Below, piece after piece: positions 38,452 to 48,287 of a DNA stretch of 64,000 nt (positions are counted from its first letter, which is position 1; every line of letters starts with the position of its first letter). The translations under genes were made by a program, and so were the position numbers. Where the stretch lies: contig OZ220741.1 in assembly GCA_965116885.1 (NCBI GenBank), positions 3,040,001 to 3,104,000 on the forward strand, given 5' to 3'. The notes under the pieces were generated by a model. It was not told the origin of the DNA, searched no databases, and was given only the letters and a program-made list of their open reading frames with translations. The stretch is from Candidatus Latescibacterota bacterium. Lineage in GTDB: Bacteria > Latescibacterota > UBA2968.

Positions 38452-39941
38452 GTGCCAAAGTTCCGGTGTGGGAGACCGTCAATCACCCAGGTGTCTTTGC
38501 TGTGTACAAACGTATGCGTAGGAACGACAAAATTGTCGCGTTCGGGTGCGCTGCGCGTGAGGCCTCCAGGCATTACCGAGTATGTATTTTGGTGGGAGAC
38601 TGCAAAGGCTGTGAGGGTGGTATAGCGAGATTCGAGATGCCCGTTGATCAGGGAAGGCGCTGTTGCAAAGCTGACTTGTTCCTGGCCTGCGTAACGGGTG
38701 GGATTTGCCCTGATGCGATCGCGCCAGACTTCGCGCTCGGCGCGGCTGAGCAAGGCACCGAAGACGCGGGGAATAGCTGATTGCTGATCAATTGGACAGA
38801 GAACCAGACTGTCGAGATGGTCGAGTACGTAGTTCATTTCTCGCGCTTGTCCGCACCACCAGGTGGCTACCGAGGGCAGGATGAGGTCTTCGTCCAGCAA
38901 GTGTCGCGCAATGCCGGGCAAAAAAGGCATCAAGCCCGGATTTTCGAGTACGCTACTGCCCAGAGGATTGGCAATGGCAACGTGCCCATTTCGCACGGCA
39001 TCGAGTAGCCCGGCAACGCCGAGTAGCGATTCTTCGTAGAGTTCCAATGGGTCGCAAAAATCGTCATTGATGCGGCGCAAAATGATATCAACGGGATACA
39101 AGCCATCGATGGATTTGAGCCACGCGTGCCTATCGCGCACGATGAGGTTATCGCCTTGCACAAGGGTATAACCCAGATAAGCTGAGAGATATGCATGCTC
39201 AAAATAGGTGGCGTTAAAAGGCCCTGGGGTCAGTACGACGATCCGGGGGTTTTCTTTGTTGTGAGGGGCAATTTCAGACAGGCCAGATTGAAAGGTGCGA
39301 AAAAAATCGGCCAGACGCCGCACATTGCAGTCGTTGAACAAGGTGGGCATAATGCGCGACATCGCGGTTCTGTTTTCGAGCGCGTACCCCAGGCCCGAAG
39401 GTGCCTGTGTGTGGTCGTACAAAACCCACATTTGTCCATCGGGTCCTCGCGCGAGATTGGCGGCATAGATGCGCAATTGATGTTCAGCAGGCAGAAAGAC
39501 ATCTTTGCAGGATCTCAAAAAACCCGCGTGATTGTAGATGGGTTCAAAGGGTAAAAGGCCCTCTCGGATGAGTGTTTGGGGACCGTAGATGTCTTTGAGC
39601 ACAAGGTTGAGCAATTCGGCGCGTTGGGATACTCCTCGCGCTATATGGGTCCAGTCATTTGCCTGAAGCAGGAGGGGGATAGGATCGAGTTCCCGAGGGC
39701 GATGCAAGCCATCGGGATTGTCGGGTACGTTATACGTAACGCCGTTTTCGCGCAGCAATAGTCGCGCTTCCTGGTCGCGGCGTGCCAGTTCTTTGCTGCC
39801 CATGCGTTCTATTGCTGAAAAAAAGGGATGCCAATGGGCGCGCACCCCGTCTTTTTGATCCCACATTTCGTCGTAAGAACCGGGGGCAGGGGCGTACCCT
39901 TCGGGCATAATATCGGCAATTTCAGGTGGGGTTTTGGACAA
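38448..39941 (-). CDS. circularly permuted type 2 ATP-grasp protein, divergent copy
   Basis: 'TQAPSGLGYALENR', 'TYFEHAYL', 'MPGGLTR', 'SKDTWV'. Confidence 0.88.
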   Translation of the reverse strand: MSKTPPEIADIMPEGYAPAPGSYDEMWDQKDGVRAHWHPFFSAIERMGSKELARRDQEARLLLRENGVTYNVPDNPDGLHRPRELDPIPLLLQANDWTHIARGVSQRAELLNLVLKDIYGPQTLIREGLLPFEPIYNHAGFLRSCKDVFLPAEHQLRIYAANLARGPDGQMWVLYDHTQAPSGLGYALENRTAMSRIMPTLFNDCNVRRLADFFRTFQSGLSEIAPHNKENPRIVVLTPGPFNATYFEHAYLSAYLGYTLVQGDNLIVRDRHAWLKSIDGLYPVDIILRRINDDFCDPLELYEESLLGVAGLLDAVRNGHVAIANPLGSSVLENPGLMPFLPGIARHLLDEDLILPSVATWWCGQAREMNYVLDHLDSLVLCPIDQQSAIPRVFGALLSRAEREVWRDRIRANPTRYAGQEQVSFATAPSLINGHLESRYTTLTAFAVSHQNTYSVMPGGLTRSAPERDNFVVPTHTFVHSKDTWVIDGLPHRNFGT

Positions 39942-39966
39942 AGCTGGATCCTACGATAAAAAACGC

Positions 39967-40033
39967 GAATAGACGAACCCCGCTCCACCACCCAAGTCAG
40001 TGCGAACTCCATTCGTTGATTCGCAGATTCGTC
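39967..40033. repeat. intergenic cassette bounded by inverted CGAAT/ATTCG short repeats
   Basis: gcgaatagacgaa ... attcgttgattcgcagattcgtc. Same unit as at 51258. Confidence 0.5.
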
Positions 40034-40037
40034 GGTT

Positions 40038-40997
40038 TCAGACGGTCGTGGAGGAGGGCGAAGTTGCGAAGAAGGTTTCGAAAATTGCGTTGTCAAGCTG
40101 GTTGAGTCGCGTTTGAAATGCGTCGAGGTATTCGTGCAGGCCCTGCGAAATGATTTCATCGATACTGGTGTAATCCAGTTCGGCGAGCAGGCGCCCCAGT
40201 ACTTGTTCGGATGTGTTTTGGAAAGAGCCTTCGGGTGTACCCGATATGGTGCGCAACGATTGATTGGCCCCGAAAAGACAGTATCGAATGGCGCGGGGAA
40301 ATTCGCGATTTAAGATCAAGAAATTGACCACATTGTGGGGTTCGATAGGGCCATATTGTTTGCGATACATTTCGAGGGCACTGGCAGATTTGAGCAATGC
40401 CGCCCACTGGATATCGTCAAAGGGCGTGCCCACATCATCAACTTCGGGTAATAAAAAAAAGTATTTGACATCGAGGATGCGCGAGGTTTTATCGGCGCGT
40501 TCTAAGTCCCGACCCAGTCGAGCAAATTGCCATGCTTCGTTGTGAGACATGGTGTTGCGCTGAATGCCTGTGAACAGGTGACTGGCCATAATGATATCTG
40601 TAAAGTAGGCATGGGGAGCATCCTGTGCCTGGGGTTTGTCGATGTTTTGCACCTGCAAGTAGAATTTGTTAATCTGTTCCCACATTTCCGTTGAGATAAT
40701 CTCTCGGATAGAACGCGCATTTTCGCGGGCGTTTTGCAAGCAGGAGAGAATGGAGTTGGGATTTACGGGGCTAAATGTCAGGAAGTCGATGACGTTGGCT
40801 TGATTGTCCGTTGCGTAGTTTTCGTAGAACAGGTGCTGATCACCTGTGGTGAGCACAAGCGGTTCCCACTGCCCTTTGGCTTCAACGGGTAAGTCGAGCA
40901 TCAAGTGGCAATTGACCTCGATAAAGCGGGCGACATTTTCGGCGCGTTCAAGATAACGGCTCATCCAGTAAATGGATTCTGCTGCGCGGCTTAACAT
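40038..40997 (-). CDS. alpha-E domain protein (DUF403)
   Basis: 'MLSRAAESIYWMSRYLERAEN', 'ARENAR', 'LERAD', 'FPRA'. Confidence 0.93.
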   Translation of the reverse strand: MLSRAAESIYWMSRYLERAENVARFIEVNCHLMLDLPVEAKGQWEPLVLTTGDQHLFYENYATDNQANVIDFLTFSPVNPNSILSCLQNARENARSIREIISTEMWEQINKFYLQVQNIDKPQAQDAPHAYFTDIIMASHLFTGIQRNTMSHNEAWQFARLGRDLERADKTSRILDVKYFFLLPEVDDVGTPFDDIQWAALLKSASALEMYRKQYGPIEPHNVVNFLILNREFPRAIRYCLFGANQSLRTISGTPEGSFQNTSEQVLGRLLAELDYTSIDEIISQGLHEYLDAFQTRLNQLDNAIFETFFATSPSSTTV

Positions 40998-41012
40998 AAT
41001 ATGACTCGTGCG

Positions 41013-42494
41013 TTAGTGCGTTTGTGAAAGGTACCTGGACGGGACAAATGGATCGTCACTGTCGTATAATACCCAGGTGTCTTTGCTACCCCCGCCTTGC
41101 GAAGAGTTGACGACCAGAGATCCTTTTTTTAGTGCCACGCGCGTGAGTCCTCCGGGCAAGACATAAATATCTTCGCCATTGTAGAGGACATAGGGCCGCA
41201 AATCGACATGCCTGCCTTCAAAGTGGTCATCTACCAGAATAGGGCTTCGCGAGAGTGCTATGGTGGGCTGTGCAATATAATTGCGTGGGTTTTGGGTTAT
41301 GCGGTTGGCAAAGTCTTCGCGTTCGGATCGTGTGGAATTTACGCCAATGAGCATGCCGTATCCACCCGACTCATTGGCGGCTTTGACCACAAGGGTGTCC
41401 AGGTTTTCGAGTACATGCTGGCGCTGGTCGTCTTCCCAACAAACATAAGTGGGCACATTGGGCAGCAGGATGTCTTCGTTGAGATAATATTTGATGATCT
41501 GCGGCACATAAGCATATACGACCTTGTCGTCGGCAACACCTGTGCCGGGCGCATTCGCAATGGCGACCTGACCATTTTTATAGACCTCCATGAGTCCGGG
41601 TACGCCCAACATAGAATCGGGGCGAAAGACTGCTGGATCGAGAAATTCGGCATCAATGCGCCGATAAATAACGTCGATGCGTTGAAATCCGCGGGTCGTT
41701 CGCATTGCCACAACACCATCGGCAACGACGAGGTCTCGTCCTTCGACCAATTCGACACCCATTTGTTGGGCGAGAAAGGCATGCTCAAAATAGGCCGAGT
41801 TGTAGATGCCGGGTGTGAGTAAAACGACCGTTGGCGATGTGACATGGGAAGGAGATAGAGAACGCAATGTGTTGAGCAATTGAGCGGGATAGTCATCGAC
41901 GTGTCGCACATGAGAAGCTTCAAATACTTCCGGGAATATGCGTTTGAGAACCTCGCGATTTTCAAGCACATAAGACACGCCCGAAGGACAGCGCAGGTTG
42001 TCTTCGAGGACGTAAAACTGACCGTCTTTATCGCGCACGAGGTCAATGCCGGAAATGTGACACCACACATCTTTGGGCGGCGAAAGGCCAATGCAGGGTT
42101 TCAGGAATTCTTTAGCTGTATCAATGACGTAGCGGGGAATGATGCCGTCTTTGAGGATTTTTTGATCGGCGTAGATGTCGCAGAGAAACAGATTGAGGGC
42201 CTGGATGCGCTGCACGAGGCCCTTTTCAATGTATGTCCAATCGGTATGAGAAATGATACGCGGAATGATGTCAAAGGGAAAAATTTTTTCAACGCCGGCT
42301 TCGCTGCCATACACGTTGAACGTGATGCCCATGTTCATCAAGGCCAGTTCGGCGGCTTGATGGCGTTTTTGGAGTTCGTCTTTGGAGAGTTCGCCGAGTT
42401 TTTCGAGGAGTACTCGCGCGCCGGGATGGGGACTGTTCGGAGATTCAAAGAGTTCGTCGTAAAATCCACCGAGTTCATAAGATGAGAAGTCCAT
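41013..42494 (-). CDS. circularly permuted type 2 ATP-grasp protein
   Basis: '[13 protein letters not shown]', 'YFEH', 'SGGYGM', '[13 protein letters not shown]'. Confidence 0.94.
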   Translation of the reverse strand: MDFSSYELGGFYDELFESPNSPHPGARVLLEKLGELSKDELQKRHQAAELALMNMGITFNVYGSEAGVEKIFPFDIIPRIISHTDWTYIEKGLVQRIQALNLFLCDIYADQKILKDGIIPRYVIDTAKEFLKPCIGLSPPKDVWCHISGIDLVRDKDGQFYVLEDNLRCPSGVSYVLENREVLKRIFPEVFEASHVRHVDDYPAQLLNTLRSLSPSHVTSPTVVLLTPGIYNSAYFEHAFLAQQMGVELVEGRDLVVADGVVAMRTTRGFQRIDVIYRRIDAEFLDPAVFRPDSMLGVPGLMEVYKNGQVAIANAPGTGVADDKVVYAYVPQIIKYYLNEDILLPNVPTYVCWEDDQRQHVLENLDTLVVKAANESGGYGMLIGVNSTRSEREDFANRITQNPRNYIAQPTIALSRSPILVDDHFEGRHVDLRPYVLYNGEDIYVLPGGLTRVALKKGSLVVNSSQGGGSKDTWVLYDSDDPFVPSRYLSQTH

Positions 42495-42543
42495 GTGCTC
42501 ACCATCCAGCGAAAGAATGACTTACGTGACGTGGCGAAAAAAA

Positions 42544-42572
42544 ATAATAAGCCGATGGAGAGCACCTGTCAA
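42544..42572 (-). promoter_or_regulatory. sigma70-like promoter of the ATP-grasp operon
   Basis: TTGACA-17bp-TATTAT. Confidence 0.7.
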
Positions 42573-42670
42573 TTGTTTTTTGGGTGAACGACGAGTTGGG
42601 GTTTTAGGATGAGCAGGATGAAAAGCGGGAGGTGTACGCAGATGGCTTGTCACATCTCACCACCATCTCA

Positions 42671-42699
42671 TTGACCACGTACTGCAATTGCAGTATATT
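42671..42699 (+). promoter_or_regulatory. promoter containing a perfect 16-bp palindrome (candidate operator)
   Basis: TTGACC-17bp-TATATT with TACTGCAATTGCAGTA at 42680-42695. Confidence 0.7.
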
Positions 42700-42743
42700 T
42701 TCTATTACTTTTCTTTTACTTTAGGCCATTATTTTGAGGAGGT

Positions 42744-44597
42744 ATGGTTATGGCTATCGCTACTCAAAGTTTCCAGGAACGACTCAAGGACGGGGATATG
42801 ACCCTGGATGTTTCTCCGGAGGTGGATCCGAGCAATCTGGTGTATTACAAATTGTGCTCTGCTGATGATTTTGAAGAAGGCGAAGGGAAGCCGTTTACGG
42901 TGGAGGGCACCCACATCGCCGTTTTCCGCTACGAGGGGGAGTTCAATGCGGTAGATAACCGCTGTCCGCACATGGGATATCCGATGTCCGAGGGCAGTGT
43001 CCGGGACGGGGTCCTGATCTGTCACTGGCACCACTGGGAGTTCGACCTTAAGACGGGCGGCTGTTTCATAACCTCCGGAGCTGGAAACGATCTGAAGAGC
43101 TTTCCCGTGGAGGTGCGAGACGACGGGTGTCTGTACGTGGGACTTGCGCCGGGCGAAAAAGAGGCGGCCAGACGTCGGCGGATTGACCGGGGGAAATATA
43201 TTCTTGAGCAAGGTCTGAAAGATCGGAGCTCGCTCCTGATTGCCAAGGCGATTACTGCGCTAAGGGCTGCGGGTGCCACGCCGCAGGAGATGATCCAGCA
43301 GGGACTTTTTTACGGAGCATATAAGTCGAATGAGGGTTGGTCATCGGGGGTGGCCATTTTAACATTGGCTGCAAATATGTGGGAAGATGTAGATGAGAAG
43401 GACCACAATCTTTTCCTGGTTCACGGGCTGACGCAGATTTCCAGACGCACATCAGGAGGTTCGCGGCGGCAGGGTTTCCCTTTGCCCAAAACATCGGACG
43501 AACCGGACCTGGCGACCCTCAAACGCTGGTTTCGGCGGCTGGTAGATCAGCGCAGCAGCAGCGCTGCACAGCGTATTCTGATGACCATGTACGACCGTGG
43601 ATATTCATCTGAAGAGATTGCAGATATCGTTTTTACCACGGCGACGGACTTTTATTTTACCGGGGACGGTCACGCGCTCGATTTCGCGAATAAGATGTTC
43701 GAGGCCTTAGATTATGTAGATTGGGAAGGGGCAAATGAGATTTTGAGACCGATTGTGGTAGATTTAGTGGGCAGAGAACGACACGAGGAGACCGCCCGGT
43801 GGGAAGACAGCGTGCCGGTCCTGGAAGATATTTTCACCCGTCTGGACGAGATGTGGGAAACGAACCAGGAGAATGAGGCACCGCTGGATATTTCTGCTTT
43901 TACGCAGACGCTGCTGGGGGAGGAGTTCGAGCCGATTGTCGCCGAGATTGAAGATAAACTGCGCGAGGGTGTGAAGCCCACCGATATCTGCCGGGCGATG
44001 ACCTATGCCGGGGCCATTCGCACGGCGCGGTTCCACCTCAAGAATGAGGGAGACTGGCACGATGTGGCGAATATTTACTCTTACGCCCATGCCCTCTATC
44101 GCGCTTTCCACCTGGCGCCGAGCAAAGAGCTTTTGCGCGGCATTTTTCACGGCGCTGTGTTTATGACCTATTTGCGCTGGCTCAACATGCCAGCGGCCCG
44201 TCTGCCCAGGGAAGGACAGCGGCTGGACGAGCCGTTCGCGTCTGAGGACGAGATGTTGGACCGGCTACAGGAATTTGCGGATTTCCAGAAGGTCTTCGAG
44301 GCTGAGGTGCTGGTAAGCCAGTACCTGGAGGAAGGATACGATATCGCGAAGCTCAGGCATACTTTGGCCCATATTATGCTGCGCGAAGATGCAGAGCTGC
44401 ACATGTTCCAGGTGCTGGAAGTGGCGTTCCGACACTACGATCTGTCGGACGATCCGGAGGAGAAGCGTATGCACCTGCTCGCGGCGACCCGGTATATTAC
44501 CGCCCAGAAGGTGATGAAGGGGATTCTGTGGTCCACGGAGAACGCGGAGCGACTGCAGCGCGGGGAACTGCTAAGCGAGCGGGATGATGATAATTAG
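42744..44597 (+). CDS. Rieske [2Fe-2S] domain fused to a large helical repeat domain
   Basis: 'CPHMG..ICHWHHW', followed by about 480 aa of helical sequence with spaced His motifs. GAGGAGG RBS. Confidence 0.85.
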   Translation: MVMAIATQSFQERLKDGDMTLDVSPEVDPSNLVYYKLCSADDFEEGEGKPFTVEGTHIAVFRYEGEFNAVDNRCPHMGYPMSEGSVRDGVLICHWHHWEFDLKTGGCFITSGAGNDLKSFPVEVRDDGCLYVGLAPGEKEAARRRRIDRGKYILEQGLKDRSSLLIAKAITALRAAGATPQEMIQQGLFYGAYKSNEGWSSGVAILTLAANMWEDVDEKDHNLFLVHGLTQISRRTSGGSRRQGFPLPKTSDEPDLATLKRWFRRLVDQRSSSAAQRILMTMYDRGYSSEEIADIVFTTATDFYFTGDGHALDFANKMFEALDYVDWEGANEILRPIVVDLVGRERHEETARWEDSVPVLEDIFTRLDEMWETNQENEAPLDISAFTQTLLGEEFEPIVAEIEDKLREGVKPTDICRAMTYAGAIRTARFHLKNEGDWHDVANIYSYAHALYRAFHLAPSKELLRGIFHGAVFMTYLRWLNMPAARLPREGQRLDEPFASEDEMLDRLQEFADFQKVFEAEVLVSQYLEEGYDIAKLRHTLAHIMLREDAELHMFQVLEVAFRHYDLSDDPEEKRMHLLAATRYITAQKVMKGILWSTENAERLQRGELLSERDDDN

Positions 44598-44632
44598 GAC
44601 AGGAGCCAGGTGAAGGCAGTGGGCTGAACATG

Positions 44633-44665
44633 CAGTAGCAGGCAACGTCCTGCTACTGTTTTTTT
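44633..44665 (+). terminator. intrinsic terminator
   Basis: cagtagcagg/cctgctactg stem plus T7. Confidence 0.8.
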
Positions 44666-44675
44666 GTATGCATCC

Positions 44676-45674
44676 CTATCTGATCGGTAGAAATTTTCCA
44701 CCTTTTCTCGCCGATTCTTCGGCTGTAATACAGGCATTGGCAACGGCGAGGGTGTCGTCTGTTGAGATCGAGTTTTCTTCGCCACGCGAGAGTGCATCGA
44801 TCATATTTTCAACAAATGCGTGATTGGTTGAGGGCGGGAGTTTGGGTTCGTAAGTGCCCGATTTGTTGGAGACAATGAGCACGTGATCGTCGGCATAGGC
44901 GCGCAAGTGTGCCGAGCCTTCGGTGCCCATAATAATGAATCGCGTGTCGCCAAAAGATCGCGCATCTTTAGGGGTGAGCCAATCGGCAGTGGCGGTGGCA
45001 AGTGCGCCATTGTCGAGTTGAAACGAAGCCTGGACGTGATCGAATGTGAGGCCCGTGTCGATGTGTTTTTTGAGTGTGCCGAGCGCGTGAACACCCGTGT
45101 ATTCTGCGCCGGTGAGCCAGCGAATTTGATCCACGCCGTGGCCTGCCAAATCGTGGAATGTACCCACATATTTGTCAGCATCGAAGTAGAGTGCGGGGGG
45201 ATTGACGCCGAGTTTGTGCGGATGTGTGGTGATGAGGCTTACGAGGTCACCCAAATCGCCGTTTTGAATCGCCTGTCTCAATGCGATAAAGGCTCCATAA
45301 CTGCGAGAGGTGAAAAAGGTGGAAAGTTTGATGTTGTTTTTTGCAACAGCAGTTTTGATGCGTTGTAATTCTTCCTGCGTTCGGCAGAGCGGTTTGTCGA
45401 GTAGCATATGGACGCCAGCTGCCGCACACGTTTCAATGACAGGCGTTTTTTCGTGATGTTCGAGACCCTCAATTACCAGGTCGGGTTTTGCTTTTTCAAG
45501 CATCTGCTCAAGTGTGGCAAAGCGGGTGATGTTGTGGTCTGCAGTATATTTCTTGCAAAGTGCGTCATCGGATTCTACAATGCCGACGATTTCGCCATTT
45601 GGCGCGTTGACCGCCGAGTGAAACATACCGCTTATATGTCCGTAGTGCATGCCCATAATACCGATTTTCATCAT
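44676..45674 (-). CDS. Gfo/Idh/MocA oxidoreductase
   Basis: N-terminal Rossmann fold, 'LLDKP', 'DLAGHGVD', 'GTEGSA'. Confidence 0.88.
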   Translation of the reverse strand: MMKIGIMGMHYGHISGMFHSAVNAPNGEIVGIVESDDALCKKYTADHNITRFATLEQMLEKAKPDLVIEGLEHHEKTPVIETCAAAGVHMLLDKPLCRTQEELQRIKTAVAKNNIKLSTFFTSRSYGAFIALRQAIQNGDLGDLVSLITTHPHKLGVNPPALYFDADKYVGTFHDLAGHGVDQIRWLTGAEYTGVHALGTLKKHIDTGLTFDHVQASFQLDNGALATATADWLTPKDARSFGDTRFIIMGTEGSAHLRAYADDHVLIVSNKSGTYEPKLPPSTNHAFVENMIDALSRGEENSISTDDTLAVANACITAEESARKGGKFLPIR

Positions 45675-45684
45675 AGTGTCCTTC

Positions 45685-46458
45685 CTACGCTCGCCACCTG
45701 CGTGATTCGAGCACCGTATGTGTTAAAAAGAGGAAAAAAGCCGCAGCACTAAGAAAAAATACCACATCGTGCGTATCGACAACACCGTGAATCATATCTC
45801 GGGTGTGTTCTATAAGGGAGAGAAATCTCAAAATAACAAAGAATATGTCGCTGGCAAAACGCGCTGCCCAGTCGATAATCCACAATAGAATTAAAAAGAA
45901 AAAAGACAACACAGCTGCGATAATCTGATTCTCGGTCAAAGACGACGCCAAAATGCCCACGCTGATAAATGTGGCACCAATCAGCACCACAGCCAGCGCA
46001 CCGGAAAAAATGGGCCCCCAGTCCAATTGCGCGTGCATAGACAACACGCCAATATAGCCGAAGGCCATTGCTTCAATTAGCAAATACAATACATAACAAG
46101 CGAGAAATTTTCCTATCAAAATTTGTGCTGAAGTAATCGGCGAGGTCATCAATAACTCATACGTGCCCCCGCGTTTTTCCTCGGCGTAGAGACGCATCGT
46201 GAGCATTGGAATCACGATCATCCAGATAAAAGTCTGAAATTCAAAAAATGGCGTGACGACTTCTGTATTGACGTTTAGCAGAATTTTTTCCTCGCGTTCT
46301 GCCAATTTCAGATATACGGCCATATCGTGAAATTCGAGCAACTGGTTGCGAAAAACAAAGCCGCTAAATAGCAAAAACACGCCAGCCATCACGTATGCAA
46401 TTGGCGAGCCAAAATACGACCGCATCTCTTTGTCAAAAATCGCCATTATATTGCCCAT
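45685..46458 (-). CDS. ABC-2 permease (GldF-like)
   Basis: 'KEMRSYFGSPIAY', 'TMRLYAEEKRGGTYELLMTSP'. Confidence 0.88.
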   Translation of the reverse strand: MGNIMAIFDKEMRSYFGSPIAYVMAGVFLLFSGFVFRNQLLEFHDMAVYLKLAEREEKILLNVNTEVVTPFFEFQTFIWMIVIPMLTMRLYAEEKRGGTYELLMTSPITSAQILIGKFLACYVLYLLIEAMAFGYIGVLSMHAQLDWGPIFSGALAVVLIGATFISVGILASSLTENQIIAAVLSFFFLILLWIIDWAARFASDIFFVILRFLSLIEHTRDMIHGVVDTHDVVFFLSAAAFFLFLTHTVLESRRWRA

Positions 46459-47384
46459 TACACCTCCTCCTCGTGTATGGTCAGCGCGTGAAAAATTTCT
46501 TCCAAAGACATGGCCTCACGCTTCATTTCCACCAGTCCCATGCCCAATTCGACAATGCGAGCCGATACTGCGGCACTCAAATCCGCTTTAGCTGGCCAAT
46601 GGACATGCAGCCCATTGTTCACGTGCGTCACGTCGCTAACCCCTTCAATAGTGGCAATGGCTTTGGCTGCAATATCCACATCGCCCGATATCCGAACAAA
46701 AAATCGCGTTGTATCGCGCGTATGAGCCGTGAGATTTTCAGGGGTATCAACAGCGACAATTTTGCCTTCGTGAATAATGATTACGCGATTGCAGGTCATT
46801 TCAACTTCGGGCAAAATATGCGTGCTCAAAATTACCGTACGCTTCTGGGCAAGTTCGCGGATCAATTGTCGCACCTCGATGATCTGATTGGGATCGAGGC
46901 CCGAAGTCGGCTCGTCCATGATGATTACTTCAGGGTCGTGTAATATCGCCTGTGCAAGCCCTACCCGCTGTCGATATCCTTTGGATAAATGACCGATGAG
47001 TTGCTCGGTGCGATCCACAATCCCGCATTGGGCAATGACTTCATCAATTCGCCGTCTGGATTCTTTTGTCGCAACGCCCTTGATTTTAGCGATAAACTCC
47101 AGATATGTACGCACGCGCATATCGCGGTATAGGGGAGGCAATTCGGGCAAATACCCAATGCGTTTTTTGACTTCCAATGGATTGTCAAAAATGTCGTAGC
47201 CGGCAATGCGCGCTGTGCCTTCTGTGGCGGGTAAAAAACAGGTGAGCACGCGCATGGCCGTGGTTTTGCCCGCGCCATTTGGCCCCAAAAAACCGACAAT
47301 TTCGCCTTTACCTACCTGAAACGAAATGTCGTCAACAGCCGTAAATGCGCCGTATCGCTTTGTCAGGCGTTCAACTTCTATCAC
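46458..47384 (-). CDS. ABC ATP-binding protein (GldA-like)
   Basis: 'GPNGAGKT', 'LSKGYRQRVGLA', 'DEPTSGLDP'. Confidence 0.92.
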   Translation of the reverse strand: MIEVERLTKRYGAFTAVDDISFQVGKGEIVGFLGPNGAGKTTAMRVLTCFLPATEGTARIAGYDIFDNPLEVKKRIGYLPELPPLYRDMRVRTYLEFIAKIKGVATKESRRRIDEVIAQCGIVDRTEQLIGHLSKGYRQRVGLAQAILHDPEVIIMDEPTSGLDPNQIIEVRQLIRELAQKRTVILSTHILPEVEMTCNRVIIIHEGKIVAVDTPENLTAHTRDTTRFFVRISGDVDIAAKAIATIEGVSDVTHVNNGLHVHWPAKADLSAAVSARIVELGMGLVEMKREAMSLEEIFHALTIHEEEV

Positions 47385-47394
47385 GTCTTGCTCC

Positions 47395-48276
47395 TTATCC
47401 TTTAATTTTTTTTGCCCGCATTCTGAAAAATTGCATCAACGGTTCGTGATACGCTCCTTGAGTCGAAATATTCACGGCGTCTAAGCCCATGCGTCGAAAT
47501 AACGCTTCACGGTCATCGCGCTCTTTTTTTGTCAGCTTTTGGAATGTCTCGCGCACTGCTGCATCGCCAAAATCGACCATTATACCTTCGCCCGTCTCAG
47601 CATCTTCCAACTCCACAATGCCAATTGCAGGCAGATCGTACTCCCGCGGATCTTCCAGTGCTATCGCTACCAGATCATGACGCCGATTGGCAACGCGCAA
47701 TGCTTTCTCATAGTCAGAAGCGAAAAAATCCGATACCAGAAACACGACACTGCGCCGATAGGTCACGCGATTTAAATATTCCAATGCCGTATCGATATTT
47801 GTACTGCGTCCTGAGGGCTGGAAATACAACAACTCTCGAATTACGCGCAGCACATGCTTTTTGCCCTTTTTTGGGGGAATAAATAATTCGACTTCGTCGG
47901 TAAAAATGATCAGTCCCACACGATCATTATTCTGAATTGCGGAAAAGGCGAGCAAAGCACAAATCTCAGCACCTATCTCGCCTTTCATTTGCGCCACCGT
48001 TCCAAAGTCACCCGAGGCACTCGCATCCACCATCAATATTACGGTGAGTTCTCGCTCCTCATCGAACACTTTGACAAAGGGATCTCCCATACGCGCTGTC
48101 ACATTCCAGTCAATTGTGCGAACATCATCACCGGGCTGATATTCTCGCACTTCCGCAAACGCCATGCCCTTGCCTTTAAATACCGAATGGTATTCGCCGG
48201 CAAATATTGTATTTACCAGATTGCGCGTGCGCAACTCAATGCGTTTCACTTTTTTTAAAATTTCAGTTGGAATCAT
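47395..48276 (-). CDS. DUF58 (vWA-like) protein
   Basis: 'EVREYQPGDDVRTIDWNVTAR', 'VDASAS'. Confidence 0.92.
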   Translation of the reverse strand: MIPTEILKKVKRIELRTRNLVNTIFAGEYHSVFKGKGMAFAEVREYQPGDDVRTIDWNVTARMGDPFVKVFDEERELTVILMVDASASGDFGTVAQMKGEIGAEICALLAFSAIQNNDRVGLIIFTDEVELFIPPKKGKKHVLRVIRELLYFQPSGRSTNIDTALEYLNRVTYRRSVVFLVSDFFASDYEKALRVANRRHDLVAIALEDPREYDLPAIGIVELEDAETGEGIMVDFGDAAVRETFQKLTKKERDDREALFRRMGLDAVNISTQGAYHEPLMQFFRMRAKKIKG

Positions 48277-48287
48277 GAGAAAAATTA

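Noticed and set aside
37522..44665. ATP-grasp/Rieske block as an integrative island bounded by att sites
   Set aside because: No integrase or transposase, and I found no second copy of the 25-bp repeat at the far end.
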